In this document: piece after piece, positions 46,222 to 54,110 of the stretch
Position numbering within the stretch: the stretch's first letter is position 1
Layout: the number at the start of each line of letters is the position of its first letter
DNA from: Parcubacteria group bacterium LiPW_15
GTDB taxonomy: Bacteria > Patescibacteriota > Minisyncoccia > UBA6257 > 2-01-FULL-56-20
DNA length: 64,000 nucleotides
Reading direction: 5' to 3'
Assembly (NCBI GenBank): GCA_007375645.1
Contig: VMER01000002.1
Location: 29,710 to 93,709, forward strand
The notes under the pieces: generated by a model
The model's input: only the letters and a program-made list of their open reading frames with translations
Database searches by the model: none
What the model was told of the DNA's origin: nothing
Translations under genes and position numbers: made by a program

Positions 46222-46782
46222 TTATTTCTGGATCTTTTTGATAGCCGCCGGAATCTTTAAAAAACTTTCTCGAAGGGCTTTGCCCATAACGTCCGGGGAG
46301 CGAAGTCCTGCGGCAGGATGAAGCAGCGGGTAAATATACCTCCCATTTATTTTGAAGAGTTTTCCTTGGTCGCGGGAAATCTTTGCCTCGGGCAAAAAAT
46401 AATTCATGGAGAACCTCCCAAGCGTAGCAATAAGCGGCGGATCAATTATCTCTATCTGCCGGGTAAGATACGGCTTGTACGCCTCGATCTCTTCGGGGAA
46501 CGGGTCTCTATTCTCCGGCGGGCGGCGCTTAACAATGTTCGTGATATAAACCTCCTCTCTCTTCCAGCCGAGCTCCTCTATTAATTTGTCCAAAAGTTTC
46601 CCCGAACGACCGACAAACGGTCGCTTTTGCCTATCTTCCTCTTGTCCCGGCGCTTCGCCGATAAACAGAACCTTCGGGTTTGTTGAACCTTCGCCAAAAA
46701 CCAGATTGGCATTGGCCAAGGGCAGATTTTTATCGGCCGTTATTTCTTCTTCTAATTCTTTTAATTTTTCTTCTTTATTCAT
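46222..46782 (-). CDS. Uracil-DNA glycosylase, family 4
   Basis: LVFGEGSTNPKVLFIGEAPGQEEDRQKRPFVGRSGKLL motif A. HPAAGLR. Confidence 0.8.
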   Translation of the reverse strand: MNKEEKLKELEEEITADKNLPLANANLVFGEGSTNPKVLFIGEAPGQEEDRQKRPFVGRSGKLLDKLIEELGWKREEVYITNIVKRRPPENRDPFPEEIEAYKPYLTRQIEIIDPPLIATLGRFSMNYFLPEAKISRDQGKLFKINGRYIYPLLHPAAGLRSPDVMGKALRESFLKIPAAIKKIQK

Positions 46783-46785
46783 TTG

Positions 46786-46857
46786 TGCTCTCGAGAGGAA
46801 TTGAACCTCTATCTTCTCCTTCGGAGGGAGATGTTCTATCCGTTGGACTACGAGAGC
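46786..46857 (-). tRNA. tRNA-Arg (anticodon CCG)
   Basis: Minus strand reads GCTCTCG-TA-GTCC-AACGGATA-GAAC-A-TCTCC-CTCCGAA-GGAGA-AGAT-AGAGG-TTCAATT-CCTCT-CGAGAGC-A. The D-stem has one mismatch. The 3' end lies only 3 nt from the UDG start codon. Confidence 0.7.
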
Positions 46858-46863
46858 CTCCGG

Positions 46864-47973
46864 CTACTGTAGTATAAACCGATATGCCTCGTAAAGCGCG
46901 GAGGCGATAAAAACTAAAAGCAAAACATTTGCGAAGAAGTTTTTCCAACCGGCAAATTTTAATATTTTTTTAGAGACTAAAATAATGAAAAAGTATTGTC
47001 CCGCGAGGAAAATTCCTCCGGCTAAGGCGACGACCGTCTGAAATTCATTCAATCCCGCCCAGACTAGAAGGAGCGGGGCAAAAATAACAAAAGAGACTGC
47101 GGCAATGTCTCCCCAGTGCGAGTCCCGGCTCAGGGAATTCTTTACTTCGGTAGAGATCATGAGATGTATCGAAAAGATCGTAGCCACCCCCAAAAGCGCC
47201 AAAATTTTGAGTTTCCACTCCGGCCAACTCCCAAGGCCTGAAATCGTATCCCCGGTAATTGTCGCCGTCGAACCGAAAATTCCGAATACGAACGCCAGAA
47301 ATAGGGTCGCGGCAAAAACAGTTCCGAGCGCTATAAAAAACTTTTTCTTTTTTGAGTTCTGCCCGCGGGTCAGCTTGGTTATCGGTTCAATCGCGGTCCA
47401 GCCCGAAAGCGAGAACAGTAGCGCCCCGAAAGAAATCGCCAACCCGCCCGGCGCCGCGAAGGGCGAGTTTAAAATCGCGATCTTCTCCGGCGCGGAGAAA
47501 AATATGAAAAAAATTATTAAAACCATCGCTGAAACTACGCCAGTCTCAAGTTTCGCGAACCTCTTCAGGCTAAATAGCGCCGGAAGCGACACCAAGATCC
47601 AGAAAATCGGAAGGGATAGCGCCCCAAGCCCCGGAAATACTGTTCTCAGAAATCCGCTGCCAAGATTTAAATAAGCGGCGAGAGTTAGCGTAAGCCCGCC
47701 AACTATCGCCCAAAAGGCCACTGTTCCCGCCGTTCTCCCGAGCCTCTCCCGCACGGTTCCCAAGAGTCCGCGGATGCCATCCGTTTTGTGCAGGGCTTCC
47801 CAAAAAGAAACGTGCGCGAAAACTATACAGGCCACAACAAGGATCATCGAGAACAAAGCGATCCCCCAGCCGGATGCATAAAAAACACCCGGCAGCGCGA
47901 AAAGTCCGGCGCCGACCGTGGCAGCCAAAACAAGCCCGGAAACAAAGATGTTTTCCTTTAGCGATTTAAACAC
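46864..47973 (-). CDS. Polytopic membrane transporter (amino-acid permease-like)
   Basis: 369 aa with about 10 TM helices. Family assignment is uncertain. Confidence 0.45.
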   Translation of the reverse strand: MFKSLKENIFVSGLVLAATVGAGLFALPGVFYASGWGIALFSMILVVACIVFAHVSFWEALHKTDGIRGLLGTVRERLGRTAGTVAFWAIVGGLTLTLAAYLNLGSGFLRTVFPGLGALSLPIFWILVSLPALFSLKRFAKLETGVVSAMVLIIFFIFFSAPEKIAILNSPFAAPGGLAISFGALLFSLSGWTAIEPITKLTRGQNSKKKKFFIALGTVFAATLFLAFVFGIFGSTATITGDTISGLGSWPEWKLKILALLGVATIFSIHLMISTEVKNSLSRDSHWGDIAAVSFVIFAPLLLVWAGLNEFQTVVALAGGIFLAGQYFFIILVSKKILKFAGWKNFFANVLLLVFIASALYEAYRFILQ

Positions 47974-47975
47974 GA

Positions 47976-48359
47976 TTATTTTTCGATAAACACCATATCG
48001 CCCTCGCGGACTCTTTTTGCAACTTTTACTCCGACCCCCTGGCCCTTTTTTGCAACAGCGATAGGCTTATGGTCATATTGCATCGACGAAAGATTCTGCG
48101 CGAAATCCGTAGTCGCTCCTTTAAAGCGCACTGTGCCGCCCGCGCGGAAAGGAACTTTGAACTTCACGACCGCTACTCTAATGTGCGTGAAAAAATGCGT
48201 TACTTGGCCGATCGGTTTTTCGGCTTTCGGAGCTTTCTTCGGAGCAACCTTCTTTTTTGCTTTTGGCTTGGCCTTTTTAGTTTTTGTTTTCCTCGCACCA
48301 ACCTTCTTCGCCGCTTTTTTAGCCTTTTTCTTAGCGGGCTTTTTAGTTTTTTTCTTCAT
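47976..48359 (-). CDS. Translation elongation factor-like beta-barrel protein with a Lys/Ala-rich histone-H1-like N-terminal tail
   Basis: C-terminal GQVTHFFTHIRVAVVKFKV..GGTVRFKGATTDFAQNLSSMQYDHKPIAVAKKGQGVGVKV..REGDMVF resembles the EF-Tu domain-2-like family. N-terminal KKKTKKPAKKKAKKAAKK. Confidence 0.5.
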   Translation of the reverse strand: MKKKTKKPAKKKAKKAAKKVGARKTKTKKAKPKAKKKVAPKKAPKAEKPIGQVTHFFTHIRVAVVKFKVPFRAGGTVRFKGATTDFAQNLSSMQYDHKPIAVAKKGQGVGVKVAKRVREGDMVFIEK

Positions 48360-48378
48360 TTTGTTTTATATTTATTTT

Positions 48379-49725
48379 TTATATTACGATTTCTTCGGCC
48401 TTTTGGGGGACATATGAGTCCACCGACAGTTCCTCTTTCACCTTTGCGGCCAAAATCTCGCTCGAACCTTCTTCGCCTTGTACTACAAAAACTTTTTTGA
48501 GCATCCCGCTCCGAGGCTTAAGCCACTCAAGAAGCCGGGGTTGGTCTGCGTGAGCGGAATAAGCGGTTATGGTTCGGATCTCACAACGCACCGGCACCTC
48601 CTCCCCGAACAGCCTCACGACTTTTGCTCCCTCGAGAATGGCTCTTCCCAGGGTTCCCGTGGCCTGATATCCGACAAAAAGAATGATGCTTTTGGGATCC
48701 GGCAGATAGCGCCGTTCATGATGGCGGATCCTCCCTCCGTTCGACATACCCGACCCGGCCATTATTATCTTCGGCGCGGGGACATCGTTTATTTCTTTGG
48801 ACTGTTCCACGGTAAGCGTCATGCGAAGCCCCGGGAAATTCAAAATATCTTCTCCCGACTTCACGAGCTTGAACGTTTCCGGATTAAAGTAGCTTTCGTA
48901 TTTTTTGTAGACAGCGGTCAACTTGATAGCCAGCGGGCTGTCTATAAATATCGGGATTTCCGGAACCCGACCCTGGCTTATGAGTTCGTGAAAGTGATAA
49001 AGAAGCTCCTGGGTGCGCTCCATGGCGAAGGCCGGGATCATCAGTACGCCTCCCTTCCTCGCGATGTCCTCCATAACGTCTTCGAGCTCCCCCTCTCTTT
49101 TTGAAGTATCCTCGTGCACGCGCGCGCCATAAGTGGATTCGATGACGCAATAATCCACTTCGGGCAAATGTTCGGTGTTGTGGATTATCGGTGCGGGATA
49201 GTTGCCGAGATCTCCGGAGAACATGATCGACTTGCCCTCCGCCTCTATTTTTATGGTTGCAGAGCCCAAAATGTGGCCTGCGTCATAAAAAGTTATTTTA
49301 AAATTCCCGACTTGGACCGGCTTGTGATACGGCACCGTCTCCCATATCGCCATTGCCGCCTCCACGTCTTCCGTCTCATAAAGATCCGGCAAACCGGTCC
49401 TATCCGATTCTTCCTGAAGAACGTGCTCCGAATCGATAAGAAGAAGTTCCGCGAAGTCTTTTGTCGGCGGAGTGGAATATATTTTCCCCTTGAACCCGTC
49501 TTTAACTATTTTCGGCAGCTTTCCGGTGTGATCGATATGAGCATGGGTCACGAATATCGCCTGGACCGAAGATACATCGTATGCGAAATCTTCGAAGTTT
49601 TCTTTTTCCGCAAAATCAGAGCCCTGCGCCATACCGCAGTCTACGAGTATCCGGGTGTTCCCGGACTCAACCATATAATTGGAACCCGTAACACTCCCCG
49701 CTCCTCCGTAAAATATAACTTTCAT
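48379..49725 (-). CDS. MBL-fold beta-CASP RNA-metabolising hydrolase
   Basis: HAHIDHTG motif 2, D..GHILGSA, beta-CASP motifs. 448 aa. Confidence 0.75.
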   Translation of the reverse strand: MKVIFYGGAGSVTGSNYMVESGNTRILVDCGMAQGSDFAEKENFEDFAYDVSSVQAIFVTHAHIDHTGKLPKIVKDGFKGKIYSTPPTKDFAELLLIDSEHVLQEESDRTGLPDLYETEDVEAAMAIWETVPYHKPVQVGNFKITFYDAGHILGSATIKIEAEGKSIMFSGDLGNYPAPIIHNTEHLPEVDYCVIESTYGARVHEDTSKREGELEDVMEDIARKGGVLMIPAFAMERTQELLYHFHELISQGRVPEIPIFIDSPLAIKLTAVYKKYESYFNPETFKLVKSGEDILNFPGLRMTLTVEQSKEINDVPAPKIIMAGSGMSNGGRIRHHERRYLPDPKSIILFVGYQATGTLGRAILEGAKVVRLFGEEVPVRCEIRTITAYSAHADQPRLLEWLKPRSGMLKKVFVVQGEEGSSEILAAKVKEELSVDSYVPQKAEEIVI

Positions 49726-49763
49726 CCTTTAATTTTATCTTTTTTTCGAACAAAAAACTAACT

Positions 49764-49791
49764 TTGACAAAATTAGGAAACAACTTATTAT
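49764..49791 (+). promoter_or_regulatory. Sigma70-like promoter. TTGACA, 16-nt spacer, TATTAT.
   Basis: ttgaca at 49764-49769 and tattat at 49786-49791, upstream of ORFan F. Confidence 0.45.
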
Positions 49792-49828
49792 GTGGGGAGT
49801 CTCAGGATCCTTGAAAGGAGTCTGCTGA

Positions 49829-50416
49829 ATGAGTGAAGCTGGCCAGAGGACCGCGGAGTCAGTGGTAGAGCTCGCGGAACCGCCCGACAAAACCGCCAAG
49901 ACCCTGGTTTTTCGGGTCTACAGAACGTATCGGTTCCGATTCGTCCAGGGAAAAGACGGGAAGATGGAGATGCTCGGAAGGTGGAAGGAGGGCGCGGAAG
50001 GCAGGGTCTCTTCCAGAGACATCTGGATTCCGCCGCAGGTCTACCGCGACATGCTGGCGATGGCCTACGCCGTCGCCAAGGAACACTTCAGGCCCGATCC
50101 GATTCCCGAACCGACCGACGGGCCAAGGTCTGACGCCTCCGGGAAAAGCTCGGCACAGCCGACAAACGGCATGCCGCCGAAGCCAATCTCCGACGAAGAG
50201 CGCGACCAGATCCTTTTCGGAGAGAGGAGCTCTTCTCTGCTCGAGAGGGCCGAACCGCGACCGGACTCTGACCCCTCGGGCTACCCGTGTGCGGATTTCA
50301 TTCCGCACCGCCCCCGCGCCTCGACCGTCTCCAGGAAAAACGACCCGCAGAAGGTCCCCTACCGGCGCGTAGCCAGTTGGCGTAGCCACCCGCCGCCTTC
50401 TTCGATCCCCGCCTGA
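49829..50416 (+). CDS. Hypothetical protein (GC-rich ORFan F)
   Basis: 195 aa. SD gaaaggag lies 8 nt before the ATG. The first 60 nt are about 65% G+C. No known motif. A nested-hairpin terminator at 50422-50478 follows. Confidence 0.5.
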   Translation: MSEAGQRTAESVVELAEPPDKTAKTLVFRVYRTYRFRFVQGKDGKMEMLGRWKEGAEGRVSSRDIWIPPQVYRDMLAMAYAVAKEHFRPDPIPEPTDGPRSDASGKSSAQPTNGMPPKPISDEERDQILFGERSSSLLERAEPRPDSDPSGYPCADFIPHRPRASTVSRKNDPQKVPYRRVASWRSHPPPSSIPA

Positions 50417-50469
50417 ACAATCCCCGCAAGTTCCGTCCGCCGACCGGCGAATAGGACTCGCGGGGTTAT

Positions 50470-51714
50470 TTATTTTTTAATACCCAACTCTTCTTCAAAA
50501 ATCTGCTTTTCGTTCCAAGGAATTTTTTCTCCCTTTTTAATATGTATCCAGGATTCACTTCCTTTGCCGGTAGAAATTATTGTGTCTCCGGGTCTCGCCA
50601 TTTTTATCGCCTCTCTTATCGCCGCGCGGCGATCAACCATTTCCAAAATTTCATTCTCGGGAAATCCTGCCTCTCGAATCCCTTTTTTGATTTCCGAAAT
50701 TATTTCTGCCGAGTCTTCGTCGTACGGATCCTCATCCGTCAAAATTATCCGATCGCAGTATTCCGCAGCCGTCTTACCCATAGCGGGCCGTTTCCACTTA
50801 TCTCTCCCGCCCCCCGCGGCGCCCAAAAGACATGTTAAGCGAGCTCCGCCGGACAATTCCTCTTTTAACGCTTTATATATTGCCGCGAGCGATTCCGGCG
50901 TGTGCGCATAATCCACGACCACTTTGAAGGGTTTCCGCTGGACGATATCCACTCTCCCGGGAGCTCCTTTGAAATTCGCAATGCCTTCCCAGATCTTTTC
51001 GTCGGGAATGCCGAACTCTTTCGCGACCGCGACGGCCAAAGCCACGTTTTGTTTACTGAAGTGGCCCGGCAAATATTCCCGCGAAGATTCCGGAAGATCC
51101 CGGAGTCCTTCGGTCGAATAAATTATTATCTTGTTGCCCTTAAGCTCTCGTTCAAAAAAATCTTTTTCTTCCTCCTCGCCGTTTAAAAAGATGGGCGCAT
51201 TCTCACCTCCCGCGTACGCGAGAAACCGAAGTTTTGCTTCCCGATATTTTTCATAAGAGCCGTGAGCTTCGATGTGTTCCGGATGGATATTGGTAAGCGC
51301 GGCTGCGGCCCAGTTTATCAGCGCATGCCGATAAAGAACCGCGCCCTGGGAAGTAGCCTCCACAAACGCGTAAGCGCAACCGGCATTCACCGCCTTGCGT
51401 AAAAATCTCTGGATATACATCCTTCCCGGCATGCTGTTTTCGGTAAGGTTTCGTTTGGATTTTTCTCCGATCTTCACCCGCACCGAAGAAAGAAGCGCGG
51501 TTTTTTCTCCCGCCGATTCAAAAATGGAGTTTAGGAGTTCGAGCGCGGTGGTTTTTCCTTTGGTTCCGGTTATGCCGATAACCCTTATAAATCTGCTGGG
51601 CCTCCTGTAGATTATTGCGCCCAGGATCGTGAAAAGAAGATGGTATCCGCGCAGAAGCCAGGGCAGTTTGTATATCCAGCGGAAAAGAAAGGATCTTTTT
51701 ATTTTGCCGAGCAT
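50470..51714 (-). CDS. Mur ligase family protein (MurE-like)
   Basis: GITGTKGKTTALELL P-loop of the Mur ligase central domain. 414 aa, shorter than canonical MurE. Confidence 0.65.
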   Translation of the reverse strand: MLGKIKRSFLFRWIYKLPWLLRGYHLLFTILGAIIYRRPSRFIRVIGITGTKGKTTALELLNSIFESAGEKTALLSSVRVKIGEKSKRNLTENSMPGRMYIQRFLRKAVNAGCAYAFVEATSQGAVLYRHALINWAAAALTNIHPEHIEAHGSYEKYREAKLRFLAYAGGENAPIFLNGEEEEKDFFERELKGNKIIIYSTEGLRDLPESSREYLPGHFSKQNVALAVAVAKEFGIPDEKIWEGIANFKGAPGRVDIVQRKPFKVVVDYAHTPESLAAIYKALKEELSGGARLTCLLGAAGGGRDKWKRPAMGKTAAEYCDRIILTDEDPYDEDSAEIISEIKKGIREAGFPENEILEMVDRRAAIREAIKMARPGDTIISTGKGSESWIHIKKGEKIPWNEKQIFEEELGIKK

Positions 51715-51715
51715 T

Positions 51716-52285
51716 TTACTTTTTCCCTAAAATTTTGAGCGCCGCCCTAAGCCGCGCTTCGACCCCTTTTATCCCCGCTTCTATTTTTTCTAGAGCCGCT
51801 CGGGCGCTGTCGCGTTTATAGCCCAAAGCCAAAAGGGCCTCGACCACATCCGCATCCGATTCCATTGCCCTGACCGCAACTTCGGAGCTTGCCGTACCAA
51901 CCTTGCCGCGCAGTTCCACTATAATTCTCTCCGCGGTCTTCCGTCCGATACCCGCGGCTTGGGTCAATAGGTCCGGCCTACCCTCCTGTATGGCGGCAGT
52001 GACGTTTTTGAGATCCGCCACATCCATCACGGAAAGAGCCGATTTCGGCCCCACTCCGGAGACGGATATAAGTTTCTCAAAAAACTCCAGTTCTTGCCGC
52101 GTTCGAAATCCATAGAGGTCCAGCGCGTCCTCCTTCACGTTTAAGTGGGTAAAAATATCCACGTCCCCCGAAAGATCGCTTACGGTTCTTGAGGAGGCAA
52201 AGATCTTGAAGCCCACTCCGTGAACATTAACGATCACAAAGCTATCATATTTTGCCTCCAGCTTTCCCGACAGACTATATATCAC
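51716..52285 (-). CDS. ruvA: Holliday junction branch-migration protein RuvA
   Basis: MIYSLSGKLE .. VNVHGVGFKIF .. LISVSGVGPKSAL. Confidence 0.85.
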   Translation of the reverse strand: MIYSLSGKLEAKYDSFVIVNVHGVGFKIFASSRTVSDLSGDVDIFTHLNVKEDALDLYGFRTRQELEFFEKLISVSGVGPKSALSVMDVADLKNVTAAIQEGRPDLLTQAAGIGRKTAERIIVELRGKVGTASSEVAVRAMESDADVVEALLALGYKRDSARAALEKIEAGIKGVEARLRAALKILGKK

Positions 52286-52457
52286 CTATTTATTATACTC
52301 GGCAGCGAGGCTGCGCGGAAATGCTTGGATCTCCGTGTCAGCTGAGTGACCATTGACATATCCTGAGATTGTGCGCTAAGATATCCCAGTCGTTAGCCCA
52401 ATTGCGGGCTCGCGACATGCTCTTTCAACCGAAAACGGAAGAAAAAAAGGAGTCTGG

Positions 52458-52880
52458 ATGCACCGAGACCACAGTCCCCCGCCGAAGACGCTCGCGATCG
52501 TGGTGGCCGCTCTCGTGGCGTTCCTCGTCGCCAATGTCGGTTTCGCGACCCCCGTCATTCTCAGCACGGGCCTCGCGAACACTTCGACGTGGACGCCCTC
52601 GCTCGCCTCCGCCGACCAGCCGGCCAAGATCGCTGGCTGGAACGACATCGCGTCCGAGACCGCCGTCGTCACCGCCAACTCGACGACCGCCCTCACGATG
52701 TCGTCCGCCCACTACAAGATCGCCCTCGACGGGCCCGCGATGTACGCACTGCCGGAGAACGGAGGCCGACCCGGCCGACCCGCCACCGCGCCGATCGCCG
52801 CGATAAACGATGGCGCCGACCGGATCAACTCGACGGTACGCTCCGCCACCCGCGACACCCTCATGGTCTGGAGGGTGTAA
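52458..52880 (+). CDS. Secreted hypothetical protein (GC-rich ORFan G)
   Basis: 140 aa. Signal-like LAIVVAALVAFLVANVGFA. SD aaaggag. TTGACA at 52353-52358 lies upstream. Confidence 0.5.
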   Translation: MHRDHSPPPKTLAIVVAALVAFLVANVGFATPVILSTGLANTSTWTPSLASADQPAKIAGWNDIASETAVVTANSTTALTMSSAHYKIALDGPAMYALPENGGRPGRPATAPIAAINDGADRINSTVRSATRDTLMVWRV

Positions 52881-52905
52881 GACGCCGAAGTCCTTCTAGC
52901 CCCTT

Positions 52906-52942
52906 GGGCGGACGAGAAACCCTCGCTCCGCCCTCTTTTTTT
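52906..52942 (+). terminator. Intrinsic terminator. GGGCGGA..TCCGCCC plus T8.
   Basis: 7-bp stem at 52906-52912 / 52927-52933, then tcttttttt. Confidence 0.55.
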
Positions 52943-53014
52943 ACTTTTTCACGAAGACCTTGATATTTCTCCGGCTTTTTTGTATGCTTTTCCTGTTCTA
53001 GATTCCACAAAAAC

Positions 53015-53284
53015 ATGCCAATAACAAAATCCGCCAAAAAAGCTCTCCGCCAAAGCGTCACCCGCCGCGAGAGAAATACCACGAGAAAAGAAGCTTATAA
53101 AAAAGGCGTTAAGTTTTTTCGTAAATTAGTCTCGGAAAAGAAATCCGGCGAAGCCCAAGAATCCCTTAAAACCGCTTTTAAGGCGTTGGATAAGGCCGCG
53201 AAAACCGGCGTTATCAAAAAGAACAAGGCGAGCCGTTTGAAATCCCGCCTGGCAAAGGCCCTCGCCAGATCAGCCAAGTCTTAA
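53015..53284 (+). CDS. rpsT: 30S ribosomal protein S20
   Basis: MPITKSAKKALRQSVTRRERNTTRK.. Confidence 0.85.
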   Translation: MPITKSAKKALRQSVTRRERNTTRKEAYKKGVKFFRKLVSEKKSGEAQESLKTAFKALDKAAKTGVIKKNKASRLKSRLAKALARSAKS

Positions 53285-53292
53285 ATCAAAAA

Positions 53293-53315
53293 ACACCCCT
53301 CCGGGGTGTTTTTTG
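53293..53315 (+). terminator. Bidirectional intrinsic terminator. ACACCCC-tccg-GGGGTGT with flanking A- and T-tracts.
   Basis: Perfect 7-bp stem at 53293-53309 between aaaaaa and tttttt. Confidence 0.7.
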
Positions 53316-53324
53316 ATCCGCTGT

Positions 53325-54110
53325 TTATCCCGCGAGAACAAAATCCAAAAGCGCTTCGGGGTAATCCATCTTCCCGGATTTTATCAGCACATCGTATTCC
53401 GCGAATCTCGCGGCTTGCGGCTTGGTAGCCGCCGCCAAAATGTTAAAAGTCTTTGCCGGGTCTTCCCTGCGTGCGGAAAGCATTGAAAGAGTTTGGAGTC
53501 GCATTGAAATGTCCCGGCCCTTCAAGGAGTTCAACATCGGCCAATAATCACCCTCCGGGAGAACCCCCAACCCCTCCACCCGACCCTCATCCGCGAGTTT
53601 CGGATCAAAGGAGGCTATCTTTTCAATCTCCGTTGCGAGTCCCCAGGTGTCTTTTCCGTATAAAGCCGCGAGTTTTCTTTCCGCCCCGGGCGAAAGTCTC
53701 GCTCCGCGCTCCTTGGCCAAGACTTTTATAAACGAAAGGAGTTGTGGCCCGGAGAGCTCACCGAACTCCTCGGCGTGCGCCGGATTTTTGGTTAAAAATT
53801 CCACGCCCTTCGCCGGTTTTGTTTGATCGGCAACGATAACCGCTACATCCTTCGGTTCCAAAAATTGGAAAAGGAGTTCCTTGGTCTCTTTGGCCGGACA
53901 CATATCAATGTCTTCCAAAAAACAAAGCCTCTTTCCGCTGAAAAGCGATTGCCCTTTCGCGAAATCCAAAAAACTTCGAATAGACTCTTCATTCTCGAGA
54001 GAAAATTTACCGATAACAAGATCGGGATATTTTTTCTTTAACTCGGCAGTTATAGCCTGCTTTCGTTTGAGCCTCCTATAGCCGTCGGCTCCGTAAAGGA
54101 AAAAGATCAT
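53325..54110 (-). CDS. holA: DNA polymerase III subunit delta
   Basis: 261 aa. MIFFLYGADGYRR N-terminus typical of HolA. Medium confidence. Confidence 0.6.
   Translation of the reverse strand: MIFFLYGADGYRRLKRKQAITAELKKKYPDLVIGKFSLENEESIRSFLDFAKGQSLFSGKRLCFLEDIDMCPAKETKELLFQFLEPKDVAVIVADQTKPAKGVEFLTKNPAHAEEFGELSGPQLLSFIKVLAKERGARLSPGAERKLAALYGKDTWGLATEIEKIASFDPKLADEGRVEGLGVLPEGDYWPMLNSLKGRDISMRLQTLSMLSARREDPAKTFNILAAATKPQAARFAEYDVLIKSGKMDYPEALLDFVLAG

Noticed and set aside
46061-46321. 86-aa plus-strand ORF
   Set aside because: It overlaps the UDG 3' end on the other strand and reads through a terminator-like hairpin. At most the first 25 codons, an Arg-rich peptide, could be real. It is kept only as a low-interest note.
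52376-52963. Arg/Pro-rich alternative-frame ORFs (for example 52589..52963, 52425..52712) over the GC-rich 52.4-52.9 kb region
   Set aside because: They are alternative frames of the GC-rich cassette. The frame at 52458 has an SD, a signal peptide and a terminator and is preferred.
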